Source of the DNA: a virus
Lineage: Duplodnaviria; Caudoviricetes
DNA length: 45,995 nucleotides
Direction: 5' to 3' (one strand)
IMG/VR virus record: IMGVR_UViG_3300048995_000005
Coordinates: 1 to 45,995 of that record
Shown: in pieces, positions 8,688-17,881 of the stretch
Numbering within the stretch: the first letter of the stretch is position 1
Layout: every line of letters begins with the position of its first letter
The notes under the pieces: generated by a model
The model's input: the letters and a program-made list of their open reading frames with translations, nothing else
What the model was told of the DNA's origin: nothing
The model's database searches: none
Translations under genes and position numbers: made by a program

Positions 8688-9162
8688 GCCGCTGGCGGGG
8701 CACGAGGCGTACAGGGGGCGCCTGGCCATCCCGTACCTCACGCCGGCCGGCGTGGTGAATCTGCGCTTCAGGTGCGCAGAGCAGCACGAGTGCGAGGGCC
8801 ACCCCAAGTACCTCTCGACCGAGGGCGGGGGCTCGAACCTCTTCAACGTCCTGGACCTCAAGAAGGACTCGCCCTTCATCTGCATCGCCGAGGGCGAGAT
8901 CGACACCATGAGCCTCTCCCTGGCCGGCCTCCCGGCCGTGGGCGTGCCCGGTGTGGACACCTGGCAGAAGCACTTCTCCCGCTGCCTTGAGGACTTCGAG
9001 GTCATCTACGCCTTCGGCGACGGAGACAAGGCGGGGTCCAAGTTCTCCAACTTCCTGGCCCGGGAGACCCGGGCCCGTCCCATCCGCATGCCCAACGGCA
9101 AGGACTGCAATGACATCTTCCGAGAGCAAGGAGCCGCAGGGCTCCGCGCGCTCATCGAATAA
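8530..9162 (+). CDS. DNA primase TOPRIM subunit
   Basis: YLRTRGL, RLAIPY, PKYL, IAEGEID, GDGDKAG, KDCND. Confidence 0.9.
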   Translation: MQTLSAEQRRYFEQAVTTYQSDLAGDTSAQAYLRTRGLGPDAAAMYRLGVVRRPLAGHEAYRGRLAIPYLTPAGVVNLRFRCAEQHECEGHPKYLSTEGGGSNLFNVLDLKKDSPFICIAEGEIDTMSLSLAGLPAVGVPGVDTWQKHFSRCLEDFEVIYAFGDGDKAGSKFSNFLARETRARPIRMPNGKDCNDIFREQGAAGLRALIE

Positions 9163-10039
9163 GTGCCGCTGTGGACACAGCGGAGCGTGGCATCCGTTCA
9201 GCAACGGCGGGGCGTGTACCGCAGACGGCTGCCGCTGTGTGAGCCTCGTCTGCGACCACACGCGGTGCGGCTGGAAGCCGTGGGAGGAGCCCGAGCCCGC
9301 GAAGAGCGACTTCCTGCGCTGCCAGTGCGACCACTACCAGGTGAACCACCGCCCGGTCACCAAGGGCGGCTGCCGCAACTGCTCATGCGACGGCTTCAAG
9401 CTGAAGACCGAGGAGCCCGAGCGCCGCTCGCTCACCGCCGCGTGCGCCTGCTCGCACGTCAATAACTGGCACGTACGGGCCGACCACAGCGACACGCACT
9501 GTGCGGCCACCGGGTGCCCCTGCGAGGCTTTCAGGGCCTCGTCAGAGGACGAGGAGCCTCGCTGCGAGGGCTGCGGGCATCCAGGGCACTCCGGCTTCTG
9601 CCGTGAGCTGGAGATGCCGGGCTCGCCCGGCGACGTGGACGAGTGTGGGTGTCTTGATGACAGCGAGCCGCCCCTCACGCCCGAGGAGGAAGAGGAGGCG
9701 GCCGAGGATCCGACCCTCCCGCCCCCGGAGGGGCCGGAGTACGACAAATGCGCGTGCGGCGCGGTGCGCGCCAGGCACGTCAACGCCGAGGGCGCCTGCT
9801 ACGGGGAGGACTGCGACTGCTTCCAGTTCCGCCCCAAGGCGGACGACCCGCCCCCACCCCAGCCAGAGCGGCGTCCTCCGTACGCCGTCGCCTACTCCGT
9901 CTCGGGCCACCTCTTCGAGGTGGCCCTTCCTGGTGACGCCACCGTGAGGGCCGTGGACGGGGCCCTCGTCATCCAGCACCACCTGGGGCCCGTGGCCGGG
10001 ATCGTCAGCGTGCTGCCCATCATCAACAAGGAGAGCTGA
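9110..10039 (+). CDS. Cys/His-rich repeat protein (putative multi-zinc)
   Basis: Five CxCxH..H..C..CxC-type repeats; AAGGA RBS before ATG 9110. Confidence 0.7.
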   Translation: MTSSESKEPQGSARSSNKCRCGHSGAWHPFSNGGACTADGCRCVSLVCDHTRCGWKPWEEPEPAKSDFLRCQCDHYQVNHRPVTKGGCRNCSCDGFKLKTEEPERRSLTAACACSHVNNWHVRADHSDTHCAATGCPCEAFRASSEDEEPRCEGCGHPGHSGFCRELEMPGSPGDVDECGCLDDSEPPLTPEEEEEAAEDPTLPPPEGPEYDKCACGAVRARHVNAEGACYGEDCDCFQFRPKADDPPPPQPERRPPYAVAYSVSGHLFEVALPGDATVRAVDGALVIQHHLGPVAGIVSVLPIINKES

Positions 10040-10401
10040 TGCTCAAGTTTGTGGCCGGGCGCAGCTCGGTCAAGTTCCACCACAAGGACGACGCCATGAC
10101 CGTGGCGTGGGACCTGGACGCCTCCCTGGAGGGAGACGAGCTGCTGGAGGCACTGCGGCGCATCGTCGCCTTCATGGACGCCCAGACGGGCAAGGAGCCC
10201 CTTCCCGAGCGCATCCCCGGCTTCGCGCTGGGGATGGCGCAGACGGCGTACCCGTCCATGACGGAGGTCGTCCCGGGCACGAGCCCGAAGGCCGTGAACA
10301 ACGGCTGGGCCCCGACCGCCGGGGTCGTGCCCCCGGCACCGGAGCTTCCCGCCGACCGTCAGGGCGAGTGGGAGCTCATCCCGCCGGAGGAGCAGGAATG
10401 A
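10039..10401 (+). CDS. Hypothetical protein
   Basis: TGATG overlap; AAGGAG RBS. Confidence 0.75.
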   Translation: MLKFVAGRSSVKFHHKDDAMTVAWDLDASLEGDELLEALRRIVAFMDAQTGKEPLPERIPGFALGMAQTAYPSMTEVVPGTSPKAVNNGWAPTAGVVPPAPELPADRQGEWELIPPEEQE

Positions 10402-10598
10402 GCGTCTGGACAGAGCTTCAGCAAGGCCTGTCGCTTGCGATCGGGTTCGAGAGGGCCGACGAGCTGGTGCGTGAAGCGCGCGACGAGCACGCCCGCGAGC
10501 TGGCGGGCAAGCTGCGCGACCGCTACAGCGGCACCTGCGGGTGCGGCTGTGACTGCTCCGAGTTCATCGATCCGGAGGTGTCTGACAGTGGCGCATGA
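10398..10598 (+). CDS. Hypothetical protein
   Basis: ATGA overlap; RBS. Confidence 0.65.
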   Translation: MSVWTELQQGLSLAIGFERADELVREARDEHARELAGKLRDRYSGTCGCGCDCSEFIDPEVSDSGA

Positions 10599-10788
10599 CT
10601 TGCCCAAGCTGGGCAGACAGGCGTCTGCACGCATCGACGACCAGATGCGCAAGGATCTGAACGTCCTGTGCGTCACGTGGGGCGGGACCGTGTCTGACGT
10701 CCTGCGCAGGGCCGTCAACCGCCAGGCCGAAGCCGTCAGGCTGTCCTGGCAGATCATCGAACTTCGCACGGAGGAAACCGATGGCTGA
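10588..10788 (+). CDS. Possible ribbon-helix-helix DNA-binding protein
   Basis: QASARIDDQMRKDL..TVSDVLRRAV pattern; GGAGG RBS. Confidence 0.55.
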   Translation: MAHDLPKLGRQASARIDDQMRKDLNVLCVTWGGTVSDVLRRAVNRQAEAVRLSWQIIELRTEETDG

Positions 10789-10978
10789 CGCAGAGTGGTT
10801 CGAGGTCACCGGCGACGGCGGGCTGTACCCGAACGCGGAGAGCGCGACGTCAGCGGCCAGGCAGGCCGCTTGCACGACCGACGACGAGATCGAGGTCTAC
10901 CAGTGCACGCGCACGAAGGTGCGCACCGTGCAGCGCAGGGTCACGGTCGAGGAAGCGGACGTCTCCAAGCCCGCGTGA
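10781..10978 (+). CDS. Hypothetical protein
   Basis: GGAGG RBS; coding bias. Confidence 0.7.
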   Translation: MADAEWFEVTGDGGLYPNAESATSAARQAACTTDDEIEVYQCTRTKVRTVQRRVTVEEADVSKPA

Positions 10979-11062
10979 CATCATGGACGCCGTCGGCCCT
11001 CTCCGGCCGGCAGCGCCCCGTACCTCCGGCTTCATCACCCGGAACCTCTCCTCGGAGCGCAG

Positions 11063-11094
11063 AAAGAGCCACCCTTCGGGGTGGCTCTTTTTTT
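11063..11094 (+). terminator. Rho-independent terminator
   Basis: AAAGAGCCACCC-TTCG-GGGTGGCTCTTT followed by a T run. Confidence 0.9.
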
Positions 11095-11119
11095 GCGTTC
11101 TGGGGTACCTTCCCCGGCC

Positions 11120-11512
11120 ATGAGCAAATGGATACACCGCCTGACCGAGGTCGATCGCGAAGCGTGGACAGCCGTCTGCGCGAACTGTGGACCAGTCGCG
11201 ATCAAGCGTGTCGGCAAGGGCGTGAGATGCAAAACGGCGCTACGGGAGTACCGCCGCGAGCATCCGCACTGGAAGCGTCGCCGTGGCACACACGGCCTCA
11301 CGCGCGAAGAGGCCCACGCCCTCAAAGAGGGCAAGGCTTGCGCAATATGCGGTGCTGCTGAAGATCTGCGCGTGGACCACGACCACGCCACCGGTGGCGT
11401 CCGGGGCGTTCTGTGCCAGGGGTGCAACGTCGGGCTGGGATTCTTCCGCGACAGCGCTCAGCATCTGCGGGCTGCGATCGCATACCTGGAGAAAGAAAAA
11501 GGGGCCAGCTGA
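11120..11512 (+). CDS. Endonuclease VII-like (HNH/His-Me) nuclease
   Basis: CAIC..LRVDHDHATGGVRGVLCQGCNVGLG. Confidence 0.88.
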   Translation: MSKWIHRLTEVDREAWTAVCANCGPVAIKRVGKGVRCKTALREYRREHPHWKRRRGTHGLTREEAHALKEGKACAICGAAEDLRVDHDHATGGVRGVLCQGCNVGLGFFRDSAQHLRAAIAYLEKEKGAS

Positions 11513-11528
11513 CGCTGGCCCCCTTTCT
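11494..11528. terminator. Bidirectional terminator between the convergent arms
   Basis: AAAAA-GGGGCCAGC-TGAC-GCTGGCCCC-CTTTCT. Confidence 0.8.
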
Positions 11529-11575
11529 GCGTTCCGGGACAAGGGGTGTCCGGAACGACTGCTGCTCCCGAGACC

Positions 11576-11872
11576 TTACTGCCCAGTAGTGACATCCGGA
11601 AGGTCTTCACCGGAACTCCGTGCATCGAGCACATTGTTCACCGCTTGTTCGATCCGCTCCGTCAGCACGCCGTTCGTCTGGTGCGTGATCTTCTCCAGGG
11701 CCTTGTCCTGATGGTCCGACCTGGTGTCCAGGTGGTTGATCACGAAGACCGCGCCCAGGATCGGCATCACGAGCGCGACGTACGGCGTGGTGTCCGACCC
11801 CTTCAGGGTCAGCACCACGAACCCGCCGATGACGAGCGCAGCGGTGCCGAGCTGCAAGATGGTGGATCTCAT
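11576..11872 (-). CDS. Probable holin/membrane protein
   Basis: Two TM helices and a charged tail (QTNG); last gene of the late operon. Confidence 0.6.
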   Translation of the reverse strand: MRSTILQLGTAALVIGGFVVLTLKGSDTTPYVALVMPILGAVFVINHLDTRSDHQDKALEKITHQTNGVLTERIEQAVNNVLDARSSGEDLPDVTTGQ

Positions 11873-12105
11873 TCGTCCCCCCTCAGGGATGGTGGCCGCA
11901 GGCGGTCCAGCGCCTCGGCCGTGGGCTTGTCGAGTACTCCCGTGACCGGGAGCCTGAAGAGCTGCTGTACGCCCCTCAGGGCGCTCTTGGTGGCGTTGTC
12001 CATCTCTCCGGTCACGTCCACGCTGAGAGCCCGCTGAGCGGTGCGCACGGCGTCTCTCTCGGCCTCGGAGGCCGGCGCGATGATGACGCGGTCAGGCGGC
12101 CACAT
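11869..12105 (-). CDS. Stand-alone peptidoglycan-binding domain protein
   Basis: VRTAQRAL..VTGEMDNATKSALRGVQ..LPVTGVLD..T (PG_binding_1 pattern). Confidence 0.75.
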   Translation of the reverse strand: MWPPDRVIIAPASEAERDAVRTAQRALSVDVTGEMDNATKSALRGVQQLFRLPVTGVLDKPTAEALDRLRPPSLRGDE

Positions 12106-12382
12106 CGGTGGCCTCCCGGTGGCACCAGCAGATGCACTTGGCTCCGCAGAACTTGCACTCGCCGGGCTTTTTCGGCCCGGCCTGGCCCTTCTCGTTCTGG
12201 CAGTAGCCGTGCTCCTCGTGCTCGCACGATGTGGACAGGTACACGTGCCCCTTGCCCTCCAGGCCACGGAAGCGCCGCCAGAGGGACATAACGATGATCC
12301 AGGACGTGGCGCCTTCCTCAACGAGGCGCTCAACGTCCTTCTGCGCCCGGTAGAACTGCTCGGCCTTCTCTTCGTTCGTCAT
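12092..12382 (-). CDS. Small Cys/His protein
   Basis: HVYLSTSCEH..C..CKFC..CICWCH. Confidence 0.7.
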   Translation of the reverse strand: MTNEEKAEQFYRAQKDVERLVEEGATSWIIVMSLWRRFRGLEGKGHVYLSTSCEHEEHGYCQNEKGQAGPKKPGECKFCGAKCICWCHREATDVAA

Positions 12383-14310
12383 GCCGTGATCACATCCGCG
12401 ATGGTCCGCAGCTCCACCCACAAGATCCCGCCGTAGTTGGAGTTGTTCGCGCCCGGCTGGGCGCGCTGCTCGAACCGGTAGTCGTCGATCACGACCAGAT
12501 AGCTCTGGTCGTTCCTCAGATCCTGGAAGGCCACCGCATCGCCCTTGGCGAAGATCTGCTCGAACTGGCCCAGCCGGGCCAGCGTGCGGCCCTCGGCTCC
12601 CACCATCTGCCCGGAGCGGGTCTGCTCCTTGTCGAAGCAGAGGAGCGGGATGGTGAAGACGCGCTGGCGCACGGCGCCGGGCATGGCCTTGAGCTGCCAG
12701 CCGTTGACCTCTCCGCCCTTGGTGGTGTCCGTGCCCGAGCGGCCCAGCGTCAGCTTGATCTGCACCCACTCCACCGCGCTCGCGGGTGCGGCCATCACGA
12801 CGTTCTCGATGACCGAGCTGCCGCCCTGGGAGATCGTCAGGATCGAGGTCTCGGAGCCGCCCGGCTCGATGACGGAGACGCCCACGGAGCCGAAGAGAGC
12901 CGTGGGTGTCTTCACGCTGATGAACTTGTAGATCTTCGGTTCGAGTGTGTTGTAGCGGACGCGTCCGGTCTGGAGGTAGCCGGTGGTCTCCAGGTCGCTG
13001 GCGTGCTCCAGGTAGGCGCCCGCAGCGCCTACGGCAAAGACCATGCGGTCGCTGTTGCCGAAGTTCGTCACGCTGGTGACGGCGCCCGTCAGCATGGCCT
13101 GAAGGTCGGTGGCGTACGCGAAGCGTCCGCCGGCCTGGGAACCCGAGTCCTGCACGGGCTGGCCCAGGTCCACCCGGTAGAGGCCGCTGTTGCCGTCGAT
13201 GCCGTTGGAGGCTCCGACGAAGAAGAAGCGGTCATAGGCCGCGACGGCCTTGCAGCCGGAGCTGTTGGAGATCAGCAGGGGCCCGTACTGGATGTCCCCG
13301 TTGGAGTCGATCTGCCCGACGCGGAAACCGCGGGACGTGCCGATGCCGACGAACGTACCCAGGTACGTCGTCAGGGCGTTCACGGTCTCGCCCAGCGGGA
13401 GCTGGGCGGTCTGGATGCCACCGCTTGCCAGCGTGGGCACGTTGCCCGAGGAGTCCAGGACGAACTTGTAGATGGCGCCCTGGGAGCCGGCCTGCCCGGC
13501 CGCGTAGATGGCGTTGGTGCCCTCGGCTATGGCCGTCCAGGTCCAGGCCGCATTGAGATGCGTGAACCGCAGGGTCTTCACACCTGCGGTGTCCGTCTCG
13601 TAGATCTTGTTGTCCAGGCCAACCATGATGCGGCCCTTGGCCCAGCCGAGGCAGACGTTCGTGGTGCCGGTGGCCGTCCACACGGCACCGACGCCGGACC
13701 CGGCGCCCTTGTAGACATTGACGTTGTCCGCGGCGAAGTAGTTCGTACCGTCAGAGGCCAACGCCCGGATGGTGTTGGCGCCGCCCCATGTGATGGCCGT
13801 GGTCGTCGTGCCGTCGTCGGACTTCAGGACGTTGCCGACCGCGCTCCAGAAGCGATCGGTGCCGTTGTTCCAGCCCTGGAGGAAGTGCGTGTTGCCCGAG
13901 CTGTCCGCGATGCGCTGCGTGGTCTTGCGCAGCAGGGTCAGCTTGCCGTTCGTCCACGGGTTCACGCCCACGCTGTGGCCGTACAGGATGGCGTGGCGGT
14001 TCTGGAGGTTCGCCACCTGGACCTGGTCGGGGTCCTGGTACAGGAGCCCCTCCCCGCCGATGAAGGTGGCCTGGCTCCTCAGCCACCAGTTCGCGAGCGA
14101 CTGCTCGCCGGGCTCGCGCTGGTTGTCGAACTGGTCCTTCTTCAGCTGCGCGCCCGCGCGGGTCATCACCCGCTCGTCCGAGATGCCCGACAGGAACGGC
14201 ATACCGCCGATGGCGAAGGCGTACTGGACGCCGTCGAGGGCGAAGGAGCTGGACGCCGCGGCCGTGCGCCCCGAGAGGGGGAACGGCAGCCGCGAGACAA
14301 TGCCGGCCAT
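12379..14310 (-). CDS. Tail structural protein (podovirus nozzle-like, beta-rich)
   Basis: 643 aa, beta-propeller-like composition; position in the tail block. Confidence 0.65.
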   Translation of the reverse strand: MAGIVSRLPFPLSGRTAAASSSFALDGVQYAFAIGGMPFLSGISDERVMTRAGAQLKKDQFDNQREPGEQSLANWWLRSQATFIGGEGLLYQDPDQVQVANLQNRHAILYGHSVGVNPWTNGKLTLLRKTTQRIADSSGNTHFLQGWNNGTDRFWSAVGNVLKSDDGTTTTAITWGGANTIRALASDGTNYFAADNVNVYKGAGSGVGAVWTATGTTNVCLGWAKGRIMVGLDNKIYETDTAGVKTLRFTHLNAAWTWTAIAEGTNAIYAAGQAGSQGAIYKFVLDSSGNVPTLASGGIQTAQLPLGETVNALTTYLGTFVGIGTSRGFRVGQIDSNGDIQYGPLLISNSSGCKAVAAYDRFFFVGASNGIDGNSGLYRVDLGQPVQDSGSQAGGRFAYATDLQAMLTGAVTSVTNFGNSDRMVFAVGAAGAYLEHASDLETTGYLQTGRVRYNTLEPKIYKFISVKTPTALFGSVGVSVIEPGGSETSILTISQGGSSVIENVVMAAPASAVEWVQIKLTLGRSGTDTTKGGEVNGWQLKAMPGAVRQRVFTIPLLCFDKEQTRSGQMVGAEGRTLARLGQFEQIFAKGDAVAFQDLRNDQSYLVVIDDYRFEQRAQPGANNSNYGGILWVELRTIADVITA

Positions 14311-15656
14311 TACGCCTCCAGATACCAGCCCTGAATGGTGATGACGCCACCAGCCAGGAGGTCGGCGCCGGTGAGGTTCTGCTCGCGGCCGACAGCCGCG
14401 CCCTCATCGATACGGATACGGTCGGCAGTACCGCCCGAACCGCCGGTGAAGAAGACAGCCTCACCGCCGCCGATGTGCGAGCCGTTCGGGCCGGTCGACT
14501 CGGCGTGGACCGTCAGTACCTGGCGCGTCGTGCGTTCCACGCTGGTCGGCATGTCGACGGTGAAGATGCTCGCGCCGGACCCGGCCGCGTTGATGGACAG
14601 GTAGATCTTCACAAAGATCATCTTGCCGATGCGGAAGTACAGGCCCGTGCGCGTGGTCCAGGTGACCGTGCCGCCGCCGGCCACGGTCGGCGTGAAGGGG
14701 ATACCCGAGTTGCCCTGGTAGATGCGGAAGGCGCCGTCCGAGCCCATGGCGGCCTGGATGGAGCTGTTGACCCGCAGGTTCAGCAGGTCGCCGACGGTCG
14801 CCGTCGGCAGATTGGTGCTCAGGCCGTCCTTGGCAGTGCTGGACGGAGAGGCTGTGAGCGTGCCTGAGGCGTTGAAGTCGCCCCCGGTGGTCAGGGCGCC
14901 CACGCCGCTGCGGAAGAGCGTCGTGTCCGTGCTGGACGCCCCGCCTGGGCCCCAGTTCATGAAGCCGTCCGCCTGGACGTACCAGCGGGCATTGGCCTCA
15001 GCCCCGACGCGGGTCGAGAAAGCAGCATCGCCCGTGGCCGTCCTCACACTGCGCATGAGGTCGTCCGTGGTCAGCGTGTCGGCCCCGGAGCGGTACAAGT
15101 TCGTATCGGCCGCGGCGTTGCCGGGGCCCCACAGCAGCTTTCCGTCCGCCTGCGTCTGAAGACGCGGTGTCGTGTCGGCTGTGACGCGGTGCGAGCTGGC
15201 GATGGTCGCCGCGAGACCCGCCTCGAAGACGGGGTTGCCCGTAAACAGGGCGCCGTTGACAGTCGGGCTCGTCAGCGTCTTGTTGCTCAGAACCTGCGTG
15301 TCGCTGGTGCCCACCAGCGTGCCCGCAACGCCATGGATGGCCGCGGTGGCGGCCTCGTGCGTGCGGAAGTCGGTGGCGTCCTGGGCGTTGTAGGTGTGCC
15401 GCACCACGGCGCCCAGAGAGTGGCTCTGAGCGCTCGTGCCGCCGTAGCCGCGCGTCACGGTCAGGGTCGTCCCGGCCGCTGCCGTGACCGACACCAGCTC
15501 CTCCGTGGCCGCCCCGTAGTCCAGGGCCAGGATGTACGGGAAGGAGCCGGGGAAGCCCGTGGTGGCGCCCACAGACACCGACAGGGCGCCCGCGGATATC
15601 GACCCGGACAGGGTCGTCTGCTGGGCGTTGTTGGAGTAGAAGAAGGCGTTAGCCAC
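14310..15656 (-). CDS. Tail fibre/spike
   Basis: Gly/Thr/Ala-rich; TQVLSNKTLTSP and repeated DTxLxRSG motifs. Confidence 0.75.
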   Translation of the reverse strand: MANAFFYSNNAQQTTLSGSISAGALSVSVGATTGFPGSFPYILALDYGAATEELVSVTAAAGTTLTVTRGYGGTSAQSHSLGAVVRHTYNAQDATDFRTHEAATAAIHGVAGTLVGTSDTQVLSNKTLTSPTVNGALFTGNPVFEAGLAATIASSHRVTADTTPRLQTQADGKLLWGPGNAAADTNLYRSGADTLTTDDLMRSVRTATGDAAFSTRVGAEANARWYVQADGFMNWGPGGASSTDTTLFRSGVGALTTGGDFNASGTLTASPSSTAKDGLSTNLPTATVGDLLNLRVNSSIQAAMGSDGAFRIYQGNSGIPFTPTVAGGGTVTWTTRTGLYFRIGKMIFVKIYLSINAAGSGASIFTVDMPTSVERTTRQVLTVHAESTGPNGSHIGGGEAVFFTGGSGGTADRIRIDEGAAVGREQNLTGADLLAGGVITIQGWYLEA

Positions 15657-15658
15657 GG

Positions 15659-16567
15659 TCAGCTCCCCTGGAACATCGCGTAGTTCGGGACGTCGGAGAA
15701 CATCAGGGCCCGCTCCTGTGCCAGGCGCTCCGCGTACAGGGAGGCGTACAGGGAGGCCGCCTTGGCGGCCGAGGCCGGCGGTACGAGCACGGCCCGCTCG
15801 GTGGCTTCCACGGCCTGCATTTGCAGGCGCGCGCTCTCCAGCGCGGGCAGGAGCCGCTTGCAGGCGCCGTAGACCACCAGGTCGGTGATGCGCTCCGCGA
15901 AGCCGGTGGTGGCGGCGAAGTCGTCCGAGCCGTTCACCAGCACGCTCGGAGGCTTGGCGTAGACGATGCGGATCTTCTGGCCGGGCGTGACCGCGTCGAA
16001 GACCTCGATGGACTTGCCCGAGGGGAACACGGTGGGCGAAGCCTTCGGGTTGAAGCGCCAGTTGGGCAGCGGCTGCCAGACCTTGGTGGGCCCGATCAAC
16101 TGCCCGTTGAGGTACCAGACGTCGGACAGGTCCGCGGGAAGCTCGTACTCGATGACCGAGGCGGACTTGGTGATCTCCGTGGAGGAGAAGACCACCAGGT
16201 CCGGGTAGATGCCCAAGACCGTCTGATTGATGGCTTCCTTGATCCGGGCCTTGGGGAAGGCCGGGTTGGAGGTCACCAGCGCATGCGCGCTGTGACTCGC
16301 AGCCGTCGTGCCCTCGTAACCGCGCCCGTTGGTCAGACCCATGACGCTGGCAACGCCGCTCGTGGCGTCGTAGGTCTTGAGAAGGATCAGCTCGTCATCG
16401 ATCTCGACCAGACCGCGGCTGAGGTTGTTCACCGTGGCCGCGTCGCACGTGAAGGCCGTGTCCGAGGGCGCCATGCTCACGGACAGCTCGCTGACGGACT
16501 CCTGGCTGAGGGCGAAGCCCAGCAGCTGCTGACGCACCTGCTTGGTGAGCTGATCGAAGGTGGTCAC
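15659..16567 (-). CDS. Head-tail adaptor/tail tubular protein
   Basis: VEIDDELI..GRGYEGTTAASH motif; position after the capsid block. Confidence 0.6.
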   Translation of the reverse strand: MTTFDQLTKQVRQQLLGFALSQESVSELSVSMAPSDTAFTCDAATVNNLSRGLVEIDDELILLKTYDATSGVASVMGLTNGRGYEGTTAASHSAHALVTSNPAFPKARIKEAINQTVLGIYPDLVVFSSTEITKSASVIEYELPADLSDVWYLNGQLIGPTKVWQPLPNWRFNPKASPTVFPSGKSIEVFDAVTPGQKIRIVYAKPPSVLVNGSDDFAATTGFAERITDLVVYGACKRLLPALESARLQMQAVEATERAVLVPPASAAKAASLYASLYAERLAQERALMFSDVPNYAMFQGS

Positions 16568-16947
16568 GACCGCTCGTCCACCTTCGTGGCGATGAAGAAG
16601 ACGCTGTAGACGACTGCCGCGGTGGCGGCGCCTGTGGCGTTGACGGAGAAGTTCGTGGCCCCGTCGCTGGTGAAGTACGTCTCCCACACGGTGGGGACGT
16701 TGATCGCCGGTACGAGCGGGATGGAGGACAGCACGGTCCCGCCGAAGCGGAACTCGATGTTGCCGTTGTCGGCTGCCGCCGGAGCGGCGCCGGACAGGTA
16801 GGCCCACACCTGGATGCGGTACAGGCCCTTGCCGCTGGGCGGCAGGGACGTCACCAGAGCCTGACCCGCCGTAGGCGCCGTAACGGCCTTGGCGGCCCCC
16901 ATGGAGGCGTTGGCCAGGGGCGCCGTGGTGACCCTCATGGACGTCAT
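16564..16947 (-). CDS. Virion-associated beta-sandwich protein
   Basis: Coding bias; within the late operon. Confidence 0.65.
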   Translation of the reverse strand: MTSMRVTTAPLANASMGAAKAVTAPTAGQALVTSLPPSGKGLYRIQVWAYLSGAAPAAADNGNIEFRFGGTVLSSIPLVPAINVPTVWETYFTSDGATNFSVNATGAATAAVVYSVFFIATKVDERS

Positions 16948-16948
16948 C

Positions 16949-17233
16949 TCAGGCCTCCGAGGGCATGGGGTCGGCCTTACTGAAGTCCCGCCCGTACGCC
17001 GCTCCTGCGGCGTCGCTGGCCTTCAGGGCCGACATGATCTGATTCGTCTTCGTGCCGTCGGGCTGGACGCCCTGCTTGCGCGCCTGGCGATACAGCTCCA
17101 GCTCCGAGTCCCACCGCTTCTGTTCGGTGGCATCTCCGCCACCGACGCCGCAGTACGCCACGCGGAGGTTCGCCGCGCGGGCGCAGGCGCCCCACGAGGC
17201 GTGGTCCTTCGTCGGGCACCCTGAGCGGCACAT
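16949..17233 (-). CDS. Hypothetical late protein
   Basis: MCRSGCPTKDHASWGAC...; TGATG coupling. Confidence 0.7.
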   Translation of the reverse strand: MCRSGCPTKDHASWGACARAANLRVAYCGVGGGDATEQKRWDSELELYRQARKQGVQPDGTKTNQIMSALKASDAAGAAYGRDFSKADPMPSEA

Positions 17234-17415
17234 CAGGAGCCCGCCACATCCGCGTCACGGAAGCCGATGACGACGTGCGAGTCGTCCTCAGTGCCCAGCG
17301 CGGTGTTCTGGATGGCCACAGCCGCCACCGTGGCGTTCAGGATGAGCTGCTCGTCCTGGTTGGTGATCGTGCTGTTGCCGCCGTCGCCCTCAGGGCAGTA
17401 CGAGCCGACCATCAC
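17233..17415 (-). CDS. Hypothetical late protein
   Basis: Coupled overlaps. Confidence 0.55.
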   Translation of the reverse strand: MMVGSYCPEGDGGNSTITNQDEQLILNATVAAVAIQNTALGTEDDSHVVIGFRDADVAGS

Positions 17416-17594
17416 TTGCCCCCGGACTTGCGCGGAGTGCGCTTCGGAGCGGCCTTCTTGGCCGCCTGCGCCATCCAGGGCGGCATGGCCTTGCCCGAGC
17501 CCGAGGGCGGGGGCGTACGCCCGCCCGAGGCGGGCGGCTTGGGCGGCATGGCCTTCTTCTTGGCCGCAGCCGGGAGGGTGGTCTTCTTCGCCAT
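17412..17594 (-). CDS. Small Lys/Pro/Ala-rich basic protein
   Basis: RBS; AAAKKKAMPP repeats. Confidence 0.6.
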   Translation of the reverse strand: MAKKTTLPAAAKKKAMPPKPPASGGRTPPPSGSGKAMPPWMAQAAKKAAPKRTPRKSGGK

Positions 17595-17603
17595 GGCGAG
17601 TCC

Positions 17604-17879
17604 CTACGAGATGAGCGTGAAGTTCGAGGTGGTGACGCCGACTCCGCCGGCGATCAGCGCGGCCTTGGTCGCGTCGGTGACCACGTATTCGTGGCCGCCC
17701 ATGTACGCGTTGGTCGCTGCCGCGATCTCGTCCTGGGTGGGGAAGCGGACCGCCCGGTAGGAGCCCGACGTGTCCAGGACCGTGATCCCCCGGGCCAGCT
17801 TGACCCGGAGGAACAGGGGGTCATCCCAGGACGCAGGCCCCTCATTGACAGTGGGGGGCCTGAACGTCCAGGTGGCCAT
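17604..17879 (-). CDS. Hypothetical virion protein
   Basis: Immediately after the capsid gene; coding bias. Confidence 0.7.
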   Translation of the reverse strand: MATWTFRPPTVNEGPASWDDPLFLRVKLARGITVLDTSGSYRAVRFPTQDEIAAATNAYMGGHEYVVTDATKAALIAGGVGVTTSNFTLIS

Positions 17880-17881
17880 GA

